Both the position numbers and the translations under genes were made by a program. A stretch of DNA of 64,000 nucleotides. It comes from Alloascoidea hylecoeti (Eukaryota). Numbering within the stretch: position 1 is the first letter of the stretch; every line of letters starts with the position of its first letter. Shown piece after piece: positions 1 to 12,837 of the stretch. Under the pieces are notes generated by a model. It did no database searches and was not told the origin of the DNA. It worked only from the letters and a program-made list of their open reading frames with translations. Where the stretch lies: positions 1 to 64,000 of the forward strand of contig BCKZ01000031.1 of the NCBI GenBank assembly GCA_001600815.1, given 5' to 3'.

Positions 1-1350
1 AATCTAAAAATAATAAATCATTAATTGCATCAGATTCTCCTAAATTTAAATCCGTTTTTTTGACTTTATTAACTTTTTTTTTAAATGGGATTCTATTCAA
101 AGGCATGCATTAATAGTCATGAGGTTAGTGTTGCAGCTTTAGAACGACTCTGGATTCCACACTCTAAGACTAATGAACTAATTGAAGAAACAAGTAAACT
201 TCAAATAGATTCATCTGGTGGTTCTAATACCCAAGCTAACGATCTTGGTGTTGTATTTTCTTTACAATCATCATCCATATTTTCAGTAAACTTCTAATAA
301 CATTATTAACAGTGAAAAATGATCAATTTGGCCAATAATCTCTCTATCTAAAAAGATTGGACCATCTTATATATAATACAACGTACACATGTGATTTTAA
401 TTATTATTACAAATTTGAACTTGGAGATTGACTGACTTTGGAATCTATAACTTTATCTTGGGAACTTTGGGACAGCAAATGAGTTTTTATTTTGTATCTA
501 TTTCGGGATAATCGGATATAACATGCTCTAGATCTATCTATCAGCAGAAAGGCATGTTAATTTTTACTGGTATGATATCAACCTGAAAAATTATATAAAA
601 TCATTATTATGGTATATAATTCAGCGTACAAGTTTACTGATTTTCCATCTGCCAATATCATCACATAATTATTACATATTATTATTATTATTATTATCTA
701 GATACAAGATTGTAAAATATCAAATACAGACTGAATTAAAAGCTGGACAACTCTATAACCAATTAAATGTTAAGTAACAATTGTTATAAAAATAAAAAAA
801 TAGAAAAGGTTTTCTATTTTCATAATAATAAATAATAAAACTAGTCAAATAAATCAAATAAATATACATCGTAAGCAATCATTAATATTAAAACTTCAAA
901 TTAAATTTAATAAAAAAAATAACAAATATCTTATGGTAAGTATTAGTGATCTACCTCAAAAAAACAAAAACATAAATCAAGAAAAAGTATAAACAAGTAT
1001 AGGTATAAGGGTATATATAATATATATGTAGCATATTATCATAAATATCGTTGGGAGTTGCCGTGTATATAGCGATAAAAAGAAGAGAATAGTAGAAGGC
1101 AATGACAATATTAATTTTAGAAATAAAGAGAAAAAATCCAACCAAAAAGAGACATTAATTTTAGAATATAGTATACCATAGTATATGTGTGACGCTATTT
1201 CTTTAGCTTTAAAGAATCCATTAAATAATTCATAAAGTTTCTATTCAACCAGTTGCAAGCCTAGTCAAAATAAGAATTATAATTACAAAAAGAGAAATAA
1301 AATGAATAACAAATAATGAATAAGTAAGTAAACAAGATCAATTTCAGCTT

Positions 1351-2505
1351 TTAAGTTTTCAGTTTTATCCTTCTATGATTGTAATCTGAAATGATAAATA
1401 AATTATCGACGGCGCGTGTAGCTTTTGTCCTTGCAGAAGCCTGAGTATTGTAATTCAGATTATTTTGGTCATCATAATATTGTTCAAGTTGTATAATTTC
1501 ATTAGACTTGCATATGTTGTTAAATGCCTGTACAAGCTCTGAATCTTCTTTTGTATGAGTAATTGTATATCTAGATCCAATTCCTGACCCATTTGCTTCC
1601 AGAGGAGTAGGGGGAGTATTAGAATTATTTTCATAAAAGCCCTGAGTAAAAATAGTACTACTAGAATTGAGACTATTAGTAGTGCTATGAACATCAGCTG
1701 TAAGTTGATTTCTTAAGCTTTGATTTGCTCTATCTTCATAACACTTTTCTTGATTTTGTATTTCATCTCCACATTCTTGAAGTATATCGAGTTGATTTTC
1801 ATTTTTCAATTGATCATCAGGTTCACCAGGAATAATACTCAACCAAATTCTAGTTTTATGAGTCTTATACAAATCTTTAATCAAATTATTAAAAATAACT
1901 TTTCTGTTACATCTATAGTAAAAAGTTATCGTACTTCTATCAAATTGAGCTTCACAGTCTAAAGGCCACATTACCGTTGATGAATCCATATAACGATTTG
2001 CATAATTTTGATTCAATTTTTTACGACAATCATTTAAAGCATCTATTTCATAATTAGCTTTTGCTTTAATTAGATATACTTCGTGATCTGTAGCAAGTCT
2101 TTCGATTCTTTTTAGACCACCACCGAAAAAATTCCATTCATGTCTATTGAATGTTTGAATAGCACCTGAATCTAGCAGGGCTTTTTTTCTAACAATAAGT
2201 TGTTTGAATTTTAAAAAATACATATCAGCAATAGAAATATTACAGCGGGTGACTTTTCCAATGTCGATAGAGCTCTTATCACCTTGAACAATAACAATGT
2301 CGCCCTCCCTTATCTGGAGACTACTATTGGTGAGTGTGTAATATGCTCCGGTCCTTCCTGCCTTAAAAGTCACAAAGTACCAATTGAATGTGTGAATCGC
2401 GAAAGGTATACTTGGGAGCCTGGGGTGATTGGGGAGCACGGCGTCTGTGTTGACAGGGGAAACATGGAGCATGGGAACAGCACGGAAATAATCAAAAGAA
2501 TTCAT
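1351..2505 (-). CDS. PSP1-domain protein, divergent and short
   Basis: 384-aa ORF with PSP1 motifs GDIVIVQGD..DIGKV, IERLAT..EV and DCEAQFDRSTITFYY...F..LIKDLYK.HKTRIWL; TATAAAA upstream near 2572. Confidence 0.75.
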   Translation of the reverse strand: MNSFDYFRAVPMLHVSPVNTDAVLPNHPRLPSIPFAIHTFNWYFVTFKAGRTGAYYTLTNSSLQIREGDIVIVQGDKSSIDIGKVTRCNISIADMYFLKFKQLIVRKKALLDSGAIQTFNRHEWNFFGGGLKRIERLATDHEVYLIKAKANYEIDALNDCRKKLNQNYANRYMDSSTVMWPLDCEAQFDRSTITFYYRCNRKVIFNNLIKDLYKTHKTRIWLSIIPGEPDDQLKNENQLDILQECGDEIQNQEKCYEDRANQSLRNQLTADVHSTTNSLNSSSTIFTQGFYENNSNTPPTPLEANGSGIGSRYTITHTKEDSELVQAFNNICKSNEIIQLEQYYDDQNNLNYNTQASARTKATRAVDNLFIISDYNHRRIKLKT

Positions 2506-3394
2506 GGTAGCAAGCGCAGTTGGGTAGAGGTGACTGGAAAAGAGAAGAGAAGAGCAGATTATAGCCTTTTATAGATACCTATTTTTTTATATATGTATTA
2601 TGTAGTTATTCCTTTTTGTAAACTGCAGGGACTTCACTTAAAGTTATAGAGAGTTACCGTATAAGTTGTTAAGTTATGATGTGCATCACTCAATATGCCC
2701 AGCTGTTTTCACAAGAAATTCTCGTCTCCTTGTGCAACTTCAACTTTCAGGTTGTGGGGGGCTATCTCAGTCGCTTATTACCCATCTACCAAGATGTTGA
2801 AGATGAGCTTTATTGATTTTGCTATTGGCACGACCCTATTTCTTAACTGTTTGTTTGTAAGGGTCCGAATTCTGGATGTCTACATAGAAAATAGAGTCAT
2901 AAATTTTGGCAAAGAAGTGCAAAAATTAATTTGAAGCGATAGTACAGTAACTACAGTAACTACATTCACATTTTGCACGAGGGGGTGAAAATTTTTGGAT
3001 TTTCCGATTGGACAAGTTGAGTGGAACGCACCATATTTACGGTCTGCTTTTCTTCCTAACACCCATCCTAACATGGCAATAATAAAAAGTGTTCCGTAGA
3101 CCTTGCATTTAGTTCTGTGCTGGCCCTGCTGGAACCGTGCGTTTTGTTAGACACTCCAAGAAAACGATAGTATTATCGGCAAGACCTCAAACTGGTACTA
3201 AAGTAGTCCATAATCGGATTCGATCCAACGATCTTAATATTACTAGTGTTATTGTTCCGTAGATAATACAAATTCTAATAGATTATATAAAATGACCTTC
3301 CAAATTTAGTATTTAGTGTTGTCATCATTTTTGTTTTTTCCATACATTATTTTATATTAAAGGTACAACATGTAAGTTATATAAACATTAAGCT

Positions 3395-3680
3395 TAAAGC
3401 GATAGATGGCCGCCACCCTATGAAGCGTGGAGTCAATCAGCTTTTCGATGATACACTGATCCTCGAGGTACCATTACATTGAACGAGATGTCTTTCCTCG
3501 GTTTCCACGTGGCGTTTAAGTAAATACCCGCAATTTCTGCCTTGTGATTCACTTTTATGAGAACGTTCAGGCCCAGTGAAAAAGCCAACTACTTTAACAC
3601 CTTTTTCCTTGCCCTGAAACCAATCCTTCGCGATTTTAGCTTTATGGATAGTTGTATTATAAAGACATCCTCCAGAAGGT
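3395..3680 (-). mobile_element. Degenerate Tc1/mariner transposase C-terminal remnant
   Basis: Manual translation across frameshifts gives YNTTIHKAKIAKDWFQ, SLGLNVL (cf. SPDLNPI) and IEKLIDSTLHRVAAI (cf. NLIDSMPRRVAAV). Confidence 0.55.
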
Positions 3681-6470
3681 TTATGTAAGTAATTTCATTA
3701 TAGAACTATAATATGATATTACTTCATTTGATGCTGAGATTTTTCCTCCCTAGCAAAAGGCTTATACCCTTTTAGATTCGTCAACTAATCCAATTTTCCT
3801 ACATGTCTTAATGTGTTTCTGATAAAATCGGTTCTGAATATGGTTCAGGCTTAAAATCAAATTCAAATCGCACTTCTTATGATTTACAATCTGAAGCAGC
3901 TAATAAAAGTAAAGTAGGTTTTGCTGATCTTCAATGATTGCAAGACTTATAGGGTGTTATGATCAGAAGCAAAATAAAGATTGATGGTTGTTAACCTCAT
4001 CAGAAATACTTAATGGTTTAATTGCAAACTTTAGGGTCATTTGAAAATTAAAAATAAGATTTAAACCTATATTTTATAAATTATTAAATAGATATATTAG
4101 AAAATATAAAGAATATTAATTATAAATAGAAACTATACACATTAAAAATCAAATAAATAGATTAAAAAAGAATATTAGTTAAAAATAAATTAACAAATAA
4201 GTAGAGAACACTAAGTTAAAAAATTATTGACCTAGTAGTTGTCCTGGGATGTATTTATTTTATTTTATTTGTTGTTTGTTATTATCATATGTCTTTCTAT
4301 CACTTTGGGGTTTTTCATCCTTAAGCTTTTCTTTCTTTTGACGTGAAGTAGGTTTATTATCCCTTTTCCTAGCCCACCATTTACGCATATTAATCAAGAT
4401 TCATTAGAACAGTTCACAAGGAGTCGATTGGCTTTTTACGTAGCTGGGAGAAACAGGCACTTAGAACTTTATCATCGATTACTTCATTACTTTCTCTTTT
4501 TCGAGTGGAATTGCCTGATATAGGGATGTGTGTAACATTCCTTGCATTTGTTCTTCGCAATGTGAGGCTTTACTTGGAGGTAGTACTGGTATTATTTCTT
4601 GTATGCGGTAGTGTATAGTTGAAAACCTGTTAAATCAGCACTTGAAGTGATATATACTCCTAGATATCCTGATGTTGTGAAATTAATTCTTCTAAGATGT
4701 TCTATTTATCCTTATTAACATATATAATTGATAAGCTTTAAAAAATATACACGGGATAAATAATTATTATATAATCTAGTTTAAAGAAAAGACAAATATA
4801 TTTGGATATCGATATTTGGGTGGTCAAGCAGAACACAATATTACTTATAATTATTACTATATGTTACTTCTCAACTTTTTATCACAAATCTAACGCGAAA
4901 CCTTGATGAAAATGAAACTGGTACAAAACTTGGTGTTAAAAAAGAGCAAGATGAACGATTTTTCCCCTCCAACTCAACTCAGATTAAACCCACGAGAAGA
5001 ACTGGAATAATAACCTGTAAATATACCGGTAGCTATTAACTATATATGTGTAACCGTTAAAGCTTAAGAAACGCAAAAATAAATGACACTATCTTCTTCA
5101 TTGGACTTTAATTATATATATTATACTGAACCATTTCACAGATTCCTCAATTTAGTTGGAACGTTATAATCTTCATGAATTTGAGGTACATATAGCGACA
5201 ATGATTGGTGGAAAACAAAAATAGATAATCCAATCATCTTAATTAACCTTGCATTTTATATATTTAGTTAAGAAAACGTTTGACTTTGGCTTTCAAAATA
5301 TAGAATTCATTGCATGCTTTTGAGAATATATTGTGTATGGTGTGCGGACAGCCAAGATAACATGAAAAAAGAAAAAAAAAAAAAAAGGTAAGTCTATCAT
5401 TTTCAGCGTACATTAATTGTATATGAACAGTTGATAAATTAAAAACTAGTGTGTTTTAAAAAGAAATTTTATGTTTGTGTTGTTCCTTATGTAATAAGAT
5501 GAAGAAAAAAAAGATTGTTGAAGAAAGATTTTTGAAGAAAGATTGTGATGATAAAACTTTATATGTTCTAACTAAGTGAAATCCAATATCATTGTGTTTT
5601 GGATAGCCATTTATTAAGAATTGAGTAATAAAATCGTTGATTTGATTAGGTAATTGGTTATGGGGTATATCTTGGACTAATAAAAGGATACCAAATAAAA
5701 TAGCTGGTAGAATCATTTAAATTAGCCCTGAAATATGTATAGCATTGTATACTAATAATACTCCCAAATTAATCCATATAAGTATTATAATTGGTGTTTT
5801 TGACCACTAAAGAGGAGGTTAAAAAGTATCTACAGCTAGAAACTATGCATAGTACTAAATCCCTGCTAACATCTGCCTCACAAAAAGATTTCACTACAAT
5901 ATACCGGAAGGCAAGGGCTGAAACTACAACCCCTAAAAACTATTTGAAAGGGAATTCAGGCTTCTAAGAGGGGAAAAGAACTAATTATACAGACTTCGTT
6001 GGAGATAACGAAGAAGGATGTGTTGGATCTAGTGCGAGCAATACGCTAAATCGTAGAAGAATGCTCACAGCATAACATGTACAGGTTTACAAAAGAATAT
6101 CGAACATATTATCAGCAGCTGAGGATTAATAAAATGGTACTACTATATTTGATAATTTATATATTTGTTCCTGGTTTTGTGATTCGTTGTTGAAATGTAA
6201 CAATTTTGGGCATCCAGGTAACCTTTTTTTGACTGTATAGCTATTGATATAATAGATATCAGTGTCCGAATGACGGCTTAAAAGTCGATTGCTGACATGT
6301 GAAAATTAGTAAGTAATTATCGAAGATTCATATTGCAATTACAAGTATGAAGATTAATAGTTATAATAATTATAAATATAAGGTACAGCCTATAAAGTTA
6401 TATAGGTTTGTATACATTAAGGAAGCGGGTATTTTGGAAAAATTATCAAACTCCATTATTATCATATGGT

Positions 6471-8790
6471 TTATTTTTTAATTTTTTGATTAACAAAATT
6501 TTGTAATTTTTCCCAATTTTCATTTTTCATTTTTTCTTCTTCTTCTCTGTCTTCTTTTTCTTTTAAATTAATTGATCTTTTATAATCTAAAACACATTTA
6601 TTATAAAGCGTAATGTTATTAGCTTTACAAATTTCAATAGCAATTTCTGCTTTTGGAACAATTGATTCATACCAATGACCACCCTTTAATAAATTCTGAA
6701 CAGTTATTGATTTAAATTTAATCACATTATTTGAATTATTTATATTATTATTTGAAGTTAAACTTTCCATTAAAGTATCATCATCATCATCATCATCATC
6801 ATAATTATTATCATAATTATTATCATTAATATTATCATTAATATTATTATCTCTTATATTTAAATTTGATAAAACATATAAATTATTAAAAATAATTGGT
6901 AATAAATTTTCAATATCATTAATTAAAAATTTTAGAAAATAATTATTTGTAAAAAATGATAAAGTTGTATCAGTAACTAAAAAAAATTTATCATTTTTTA
7001 AACATGATGAAAGTTTTTTAAATAAAGGAATTTTAATTTTATTAAATTCAATTGGTGTCATAATTTCAAACAATTCTTCAACTTCATTCAGGAAATAAAT
7101 TTCCTTATTACTTTTTGTTTTTGGCCAAAGTTTTAATAAATTTTCAATAATTATTGGTATTAAAGTTTCATCTTTTTCAGCAAATTGTATTATACAATAA
7201 GATAATTGTGTATAATAACTTTTTAGACAACTAACTTTATGTAATGGAATTAAAACCTTTTCTAAAAAAATTAAATGTTCTTTTTTTAAAGGAAGTACAA
7301 AACCATTTATAATTGAACCCATTATTTCTAAAAGTTCAGAAATTCCATTAAATTTATTAGTTTCATAAATAAATGTTAAAAGAACGTGATTTATTGATCT
7401 TCTAATAAAAGCACGAAGATTTAAAAATTTCCCATAAATTCGATGTAATATTGTTTTTAAAGATTCTCTTTCTCTTGGATCTTCAGAATCAAATAAATTT
7501 AATAAATTTAAAACAAATTTATGATCTATATATTGTTTTGCAGGATGAGAAATAAACTTCTTACTTTCAAGAAATTTTAAAAAAAATTCATAAACTGGTT
7601 GCATATGAAACCAATTAATTTCAAAAATTGGTTCATCATCTTCTGGATCATAAATAGCACCAATTGGATTTTGATATGGTGGTAAAGGTCTAAATAAATT
7701 AATTTCAAACATTGAAATTACTTCTCGATAGATTTCATCTGTAAATTTAAGATTAAGACCGAAAGTATTTATTGTTATAAAATCAATTAATTCTTGTAAA
7801 GTTGATTTTTTAATTTCTTTACCTTTTAAATTTGAAATTGGATCATTAAAATTGAATAAGACTTTACACTGATTAATTTTCTGAATAAATAAATCACCTT
7901 GATTTTCAATTGGAACGTCTAAATGGTAAATTGAAAATTTAAAGGTTAGTTTGTATTAATTACTTTCAAGTATTATATGAATATTAAATAAATATCATAC
8001 CATCAAATGATTCAAGTTTTTCAATATCTATATTTTCAGGGGTTTCAAATCTTGATGAATTTTGTCTTCTTGGTGATGCCCTAATTCGTTCAACATCAAC
8101 ATCTACTGTTAATCTATCAAGTGAATGACCAATTCTAGGAAAATCTAAATTATTTGGAGTCGCGTCGAACGAAGTTATTGATATTGTTGGTGATGAATGG
8201 CTTGTTTTTAAAACCACATTGACCGGTGAATTTGGATTCTTCTATAAATATACGTTAATATATGTTTTTTTTGATAATAATAACATAACATACAATTGAT
8301 TCATCATCACTTAATTGGTTATCAAAAGCAGTATAATTTGCCCTCTCATAATCATTGACATTCACGATTAATGAATTTGAACTTGAACCTGAATTTGAAT
8401 TTGAATTTGAGTTGGCGCTTCCAATTGAACTTGAACTTGAACTTGAGCTTGAACTTGAATGTCTTTGTTTACTTTTAGAAGATGATCGATTTAATAGGGT
8501 CTGTGGTTTATTATTAAGGGGTTTCTCCACTTCTTTAGATTCTTTTGATTTTTGTGATGATTTTTTTGAATCTGAGCTTGAGCTCGAAGATTTTGAGCGA
8601 GAAGGTGATAAACTATGACTTTTACTTCTCGATAACTATTGTAAAGAGAGAGATATTAATAAACGATGATTGCATATATTATGCAATAAAAATGTAGGGT
8701 AGCATTGCTATACATTGATGAAGCAAAACAGATTGATGAACAACTTAAGTTGGTTAAAAAACATACCCTTTGCTTAAAACCTCTCATCAT
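6471..8790 (-). CDS. PP2A regulatory subunit B56, divergent RTS1 paralog, 4 exons (8790-8767, 8635-8294, 8241-8001, 7918-6471)
   Basis: Starts MMRGFKQR like the gene at 52732; three GTATG...AG introns splice in frame; B56 core NLFRPLPP...YDPEDDEP...[22 protein letters not shown]. Confidence 0.9.
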
Positions 8791-9161
8791 ATTTGGATAG
8801 TTAAAAGATGAAGAATAACTGAATTAGTTTATAATAATAAAAGTCGTGAAGAACACAAAAAGAAGTAAGTTTATCAATTGAAAACAAATCAATTATTATC
8901 TATCACCCTCAAACATCCTTGCACCCGAGATTCTTAATTGAAACACTAATGGAAATATGATCAAATATTAATCAAACATATCATATGATCATGAAAATCA
9001 TTATAAAAATTTATTTAAATTGCTAAGTATTTAATATCATTTAATTTCATTTAATTTAATTTAATTTAATTTACTATGTATATAAAAAAAAAAAAACCAA
9101 TTCCATTGTAAGAAATTCCAATTATATCCAAATATATGTAGGTAATAATAAGTATATGATT

Positions 9162-10526
9162 TCACAAAGTTGAAAAAATAAACAAATTATTTGTTGCAGC
9201 AATTGCAATTGAATTTTCATTTGGATGCCAACTTAAATGTAAAATACTCTTTTTAAAATCGATTGTTTCATTTAAATTTCGATTTAAAAGATTAACTCCA
9301 TTACCATTATTACTCCTTCTATTCATTGATGTTGGTAAACTAACTTTTTTAGCTTTAAAAGCACTTTTATCAGCTTGTAAAACAATTTCAGTTTCTTCTG
9401 CATCTAAATCAGTTACATTTGGATAAATTGTAAAATTATTATTATAAGAACCAGTCATTACAGATTTATTATCACCAGAAAAGACAACTTCAAATTTATC
9501 AAATATAGCATCATTTTCATAAGCATCACATAACTTATCACGTAAATTTTCATGAACATTAATAGTTTGAATTGGTTCTCTTTCCATTGCAACATCCCAA
9601 ATTTTAACAGTCATATAATCTCTTGAAACGATATATTTACCATTTGAAGAAAATCTAACGTCAGAAATTGAACTTGTGATTTCAGTGAAAAAAGAATGTT
9701 GAGTTGGATCCATCCATTCTTCAAATTGTTTTGCTTGAGAATCACATAAAGCATTTGTTCTCATATCAGCCAATTTAATAGTACCTTTTGAAGAAGCATA
9801 CATGAATAAATTACAAGAAGTTGGATGAAATTCAGCAGAAGTTATAACTTCAGTTAGTTCTTCCATATTTGCAGGTTTAATATCAACAATATTAAAACTT
9901 TGATCATTTATATTCATATTCCATAAATTAATTCTTAGATCATCCGAACTTATAAAAGTTTCTCCATCAGAATTAATACTAATTGAATTTATATGATAAG
10001 CATGAGCATTTGAATAAATTTTTCTTGGAGATGCGGCAATTATATTATCATGTAAAGTTGTTTTTGGTAATCTTAAAGTATCAATATTAAAAATTTGCTT
10101 ATTTGATTTTGAAGATTCAGATAAATTATTTTCAGAAACAATTTTAAGAGATTTTTCATAAACTTTCCATAATTTTATAGTTTTATCATTTGTTGATAAT
10201 AAGAAGTGGGATTGATTTGTTCGTTTACACCATTTAATTTTATTAATTTTCTCCTCAATTTCTAAAGATTTTAAATAATCGAATTCAGCATCATGGGATT
10301 GGAATTCAGTATAAAACTTATATTCACAACCTTTTTTATTTTCATTTCTTTCGAATAGCACGACTCTACCACCTCTATCACCCGTCGCCAAATAATTGCC
10401 GGTGTGATCGAATTCCACAGTTGATATGATGTCAGCTTCGGTGATATTTTCAATGTCACCTTTGTCACCGAAGCATTGAGAGAATTTCCAAGCCTGGTTT
10501 GGAGTTGTGGAGTTTGGAGAGTCCAT
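9162..10526 (-). CDS. CDC55: PP2A regulatory subunit B55 (WD40)
   Basis: [42 protein letters not shown]. Confidence 0.97.
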   Translation of the reverse strand: MDSPNSTTPNQAWKFSQCFGDKGDIENITEADIISTVEFDHTGNYLATGDRGGRVVLFERNENKKGCEYKFYTEFQSHDAEFDYLKSLEIEEKINKIKWCKRTNQSHFLLSTNDKTIKLWKVYEKSLKIVSENNLSESSKSNKQIFNIDTLRLPKTTLHDNIIAASPRKIYSNAHAYHINSISINSDGETFISSDDLRINLWNMNINDQSFNIVDIKPANMEELTEVITSAEFHPTSCNLFMYASSKGTIKLADMRTNALCDSQAKQFEEWMDPTQHSFFTEITSSISDVRFSSNGKYIVSRDYMTVKIWDVAMEREPIQTINVHENLRDKLCDAYENDAIFDKFEVVFSGDNKSVMTGSYNNNFTIYPNVTDLDAEETEIVLQADKSAFKAKKVSLPTSMNRRSNNGNGVNLLNRNLNETIDFKKSILHLSWHPNENSIAIAATNNLFIFSTL

Positions 10527-10871
10527 GATGTATAATTGAGAGACAAGAGGAACAAGAAGAGGATGAAGCTGAAGGTGAAGATGAAGTGCTGTACAGAATG
10601 ACCGAAGCGAATCGTCAGTAAGGGGCGGTTACCCGGCCCTGGCCCGGCGTGGTTACCCGGCCACGCCGCATTGGTAAGTGCTGACTAACCGGCTGCCCGC
10701 CAGCCAATCACCGGCCCGCATATCTGGCCACTAATAAATCTCTTTTTTTCAGTTCTGATTCTCTGCAATCGCAATAGTATAGCACTGGTATGTTACTTGC
10801 TGTTTATCTCACCCTCACCCACACTTTCTGGGGCAAGGGTAGGCGCACGGGTGTACTAACCTCCCAGACTC
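10527..10871. promoter_or_regulatory. Bidirectional CDC55/COX4 promoter with COX4 5'-UTR intron (10788-10867)
   Basis: GC-rich; two TTACCCG Reb1-type sites (~10629, ~10653); CCAAT near 10704; GTATGT...TACTAAC...CAG ends 4 nt before the COX4 ATG. Confidence 0.7.
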
Positions 10872-11363
10872 ATGTTTTCTCCAATCCTACGCCGCTCTGC
10901 TGTTTCTCTTAGGATTCCTGCAGCAAGAGCCATCCGTTCTTTCTCTTCTTTCAAGCCCTCCTACTCCCCGTCTTCCAAAAATGAAATCGAGGTAACCGCA
11001 AACACTTTATCTGAAGTTAAAGGCCCAGATTCTTTATTCGGCCCAGGTGGTGAGCAAGGCAAAGTCCCATCTGATTTAGACATTTCAACTGGTGTTGACC
11101 GTCTTGAATTATTAGGTAAATTGGAAGGTGTTGATGTTTGGGATTTAAGACCTTTAGATTCGTCTAGAATCGGTACTATGATGGATCCAATCATTGTTGA
11201 CTCATATGATGACTTTAGATATGTTGGCTGTACTGGTTCTCCAGCTGGATCTCATGATGTTAGTTGGATGAGAGTTGAGACTGAAAAAGTTGGTAGATGT
11301 TGGGAATGTGGTAGTGTTTACAAATTAAATCCAATTGGAAGACCTGATCCTCATCATCATTAA
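10872..11363 (+). CDS. COX4: Cytochrome c oxidase subunit IV (Vb family)
   Basis: Mitochondrial-type presequence; zinc motifs RYVGCTGSPAGSH and RCWECGSVYKL. Confidence 0.97.
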   Translation: MFSPILRRSAVSLRIPAARAIRSFSSFKPSYSPSSKNEIEVTANTLSEVKGPDSLFGPGGEQGKVPSDLDISTGVDRLELLGKLEGVDVWDLRPLDSSRIGTMMDPIIVDSYDDFRYVGCTGSPAGSHDVSWMRVETEKVGRCWECGSVYKLNPIGRPDPHHH

Positions 11364-11534
11364 ATATTGAATTGAATTGCTTGAAAATATACTCCACTCT
11401 ATCTTTTAAATCTTTTAAATCTTTTAATAAATATTATCATAATTAGTAAGAATCTGTGCGCACTTATGTAACTAGCTACTACTTTTACTACTTTATTCCT
11501 CTTCGACTACTCAATACTCATCCATCATCTAAAA

Positions 11535-12837
11535 ATGACTAATATCAATAAACCAAAAATTCTCGTCGTAGGAACTGAAGGTCTTAGACTTGATAGTATA
11601 ATTGACTCCTACAACAGTTTATTTGAAATAATCGTATGATTTTTTTTCATAATCATATCATAAATTTAAACGTTAAAATGAACTAACCAATTAATTACTC
11701 AAGAAATATACACCAACAACAAGAGATCAATTAAAAATAGATTTTTCAACTACTTTAAATGATATATCTGGTATATTTGCTTCTTGGATTGGATTTGGTG
11801 TATGTATTTTATTTATGTTTGAAGATCTTTTTATTTTCCGCTGTAGACATAAATACTAACAGCAAAAATTAGAAAACTGGTCCTATTAGAGATGATATCA
11901 TTGAATATCTTCCATCAACTTTGAAAATTATTACAATTGCTCCCGTTGGCCATGATATGTATGACATTGAAGCCCTTAAAAAAAGAGGTAATTATTGACA
12001 CATTTATTATAATTAATATTAAAATTATCACTAACAACTTGAAAAGGTATCATTTTTTGTAATCTAGCAAGTGAAGTATGTGCTGAACAAGTAGCAGATT
12101 TAGCCCTCCTTTTAGCCCTTTCAACCTTTCGATACCCAACTTTATTCGAAAAATCCTTACGAGAACATAAAAATACAATAACTGCTCGAGGTTATTTAAA
12201 TTCTGATTCATTTAATAATGAAATTGGTTCACCAAAAATTGGTAATCCAAAAGATTTTGCATTTGGTAATAATATTGGTGGTAAACCAATAACATCACCA
12301 CAAAATAGAAAAGTTGGTATTGCAGGTTTAGGTGCAATTGGTAAAGAATGTGCAAAACGTTTTTCATCAATTGGAATGGAAATTCATTATTGGAAAAGAA
12401 ATGAATTATCAATTGATGAATTAAATCAATTTAATTTTAAATTAATTTATCATTCAAATTTTAATGATTTTTTAAAAAATTGTGAATTATTAGTTTTATC
12501 ATTACCATATTCGAATGATTTATATCATTTAATTAATGATGAAACAATCAATTATTTACCAAATGGTGCAAAAATTGTTAATGTTGGTCGTGGGAAATTA
12601 ATTAATGAAGATTCTTTAGTTAAAGGTTTAAAAAATGGAAAATTATCATCTGTTGGTTTAGATGTTTTTGAAAATGAACCAATTATTAATGAAGAATTAT
12701 TAAATAGATGGGATGTTACTTTATTACCTCATTTAGGTAGTGCAACTTTAGAAACTTATGAAGGTGCAACAAAATTTGGTTTTGAAAATTTGAAACATGT
12801 ATTGATTGATGGTGGTAATGGATTTTCTGCTTTATAA
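11535..12837 (+). CDS. D-isomer 2-hydroxyacid dehydrogenase (glyoxylate reductase/YGL185C-like), 3 short introns near the 5' end
   Basis: GIAGLGAIG Rossmann motif, VNVGRG, GLDVFENEP, TLLPHLGSAT; introns start at about 11634, 11800 and 11989 with ACTAAC branch points. Confidence 0.88.
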
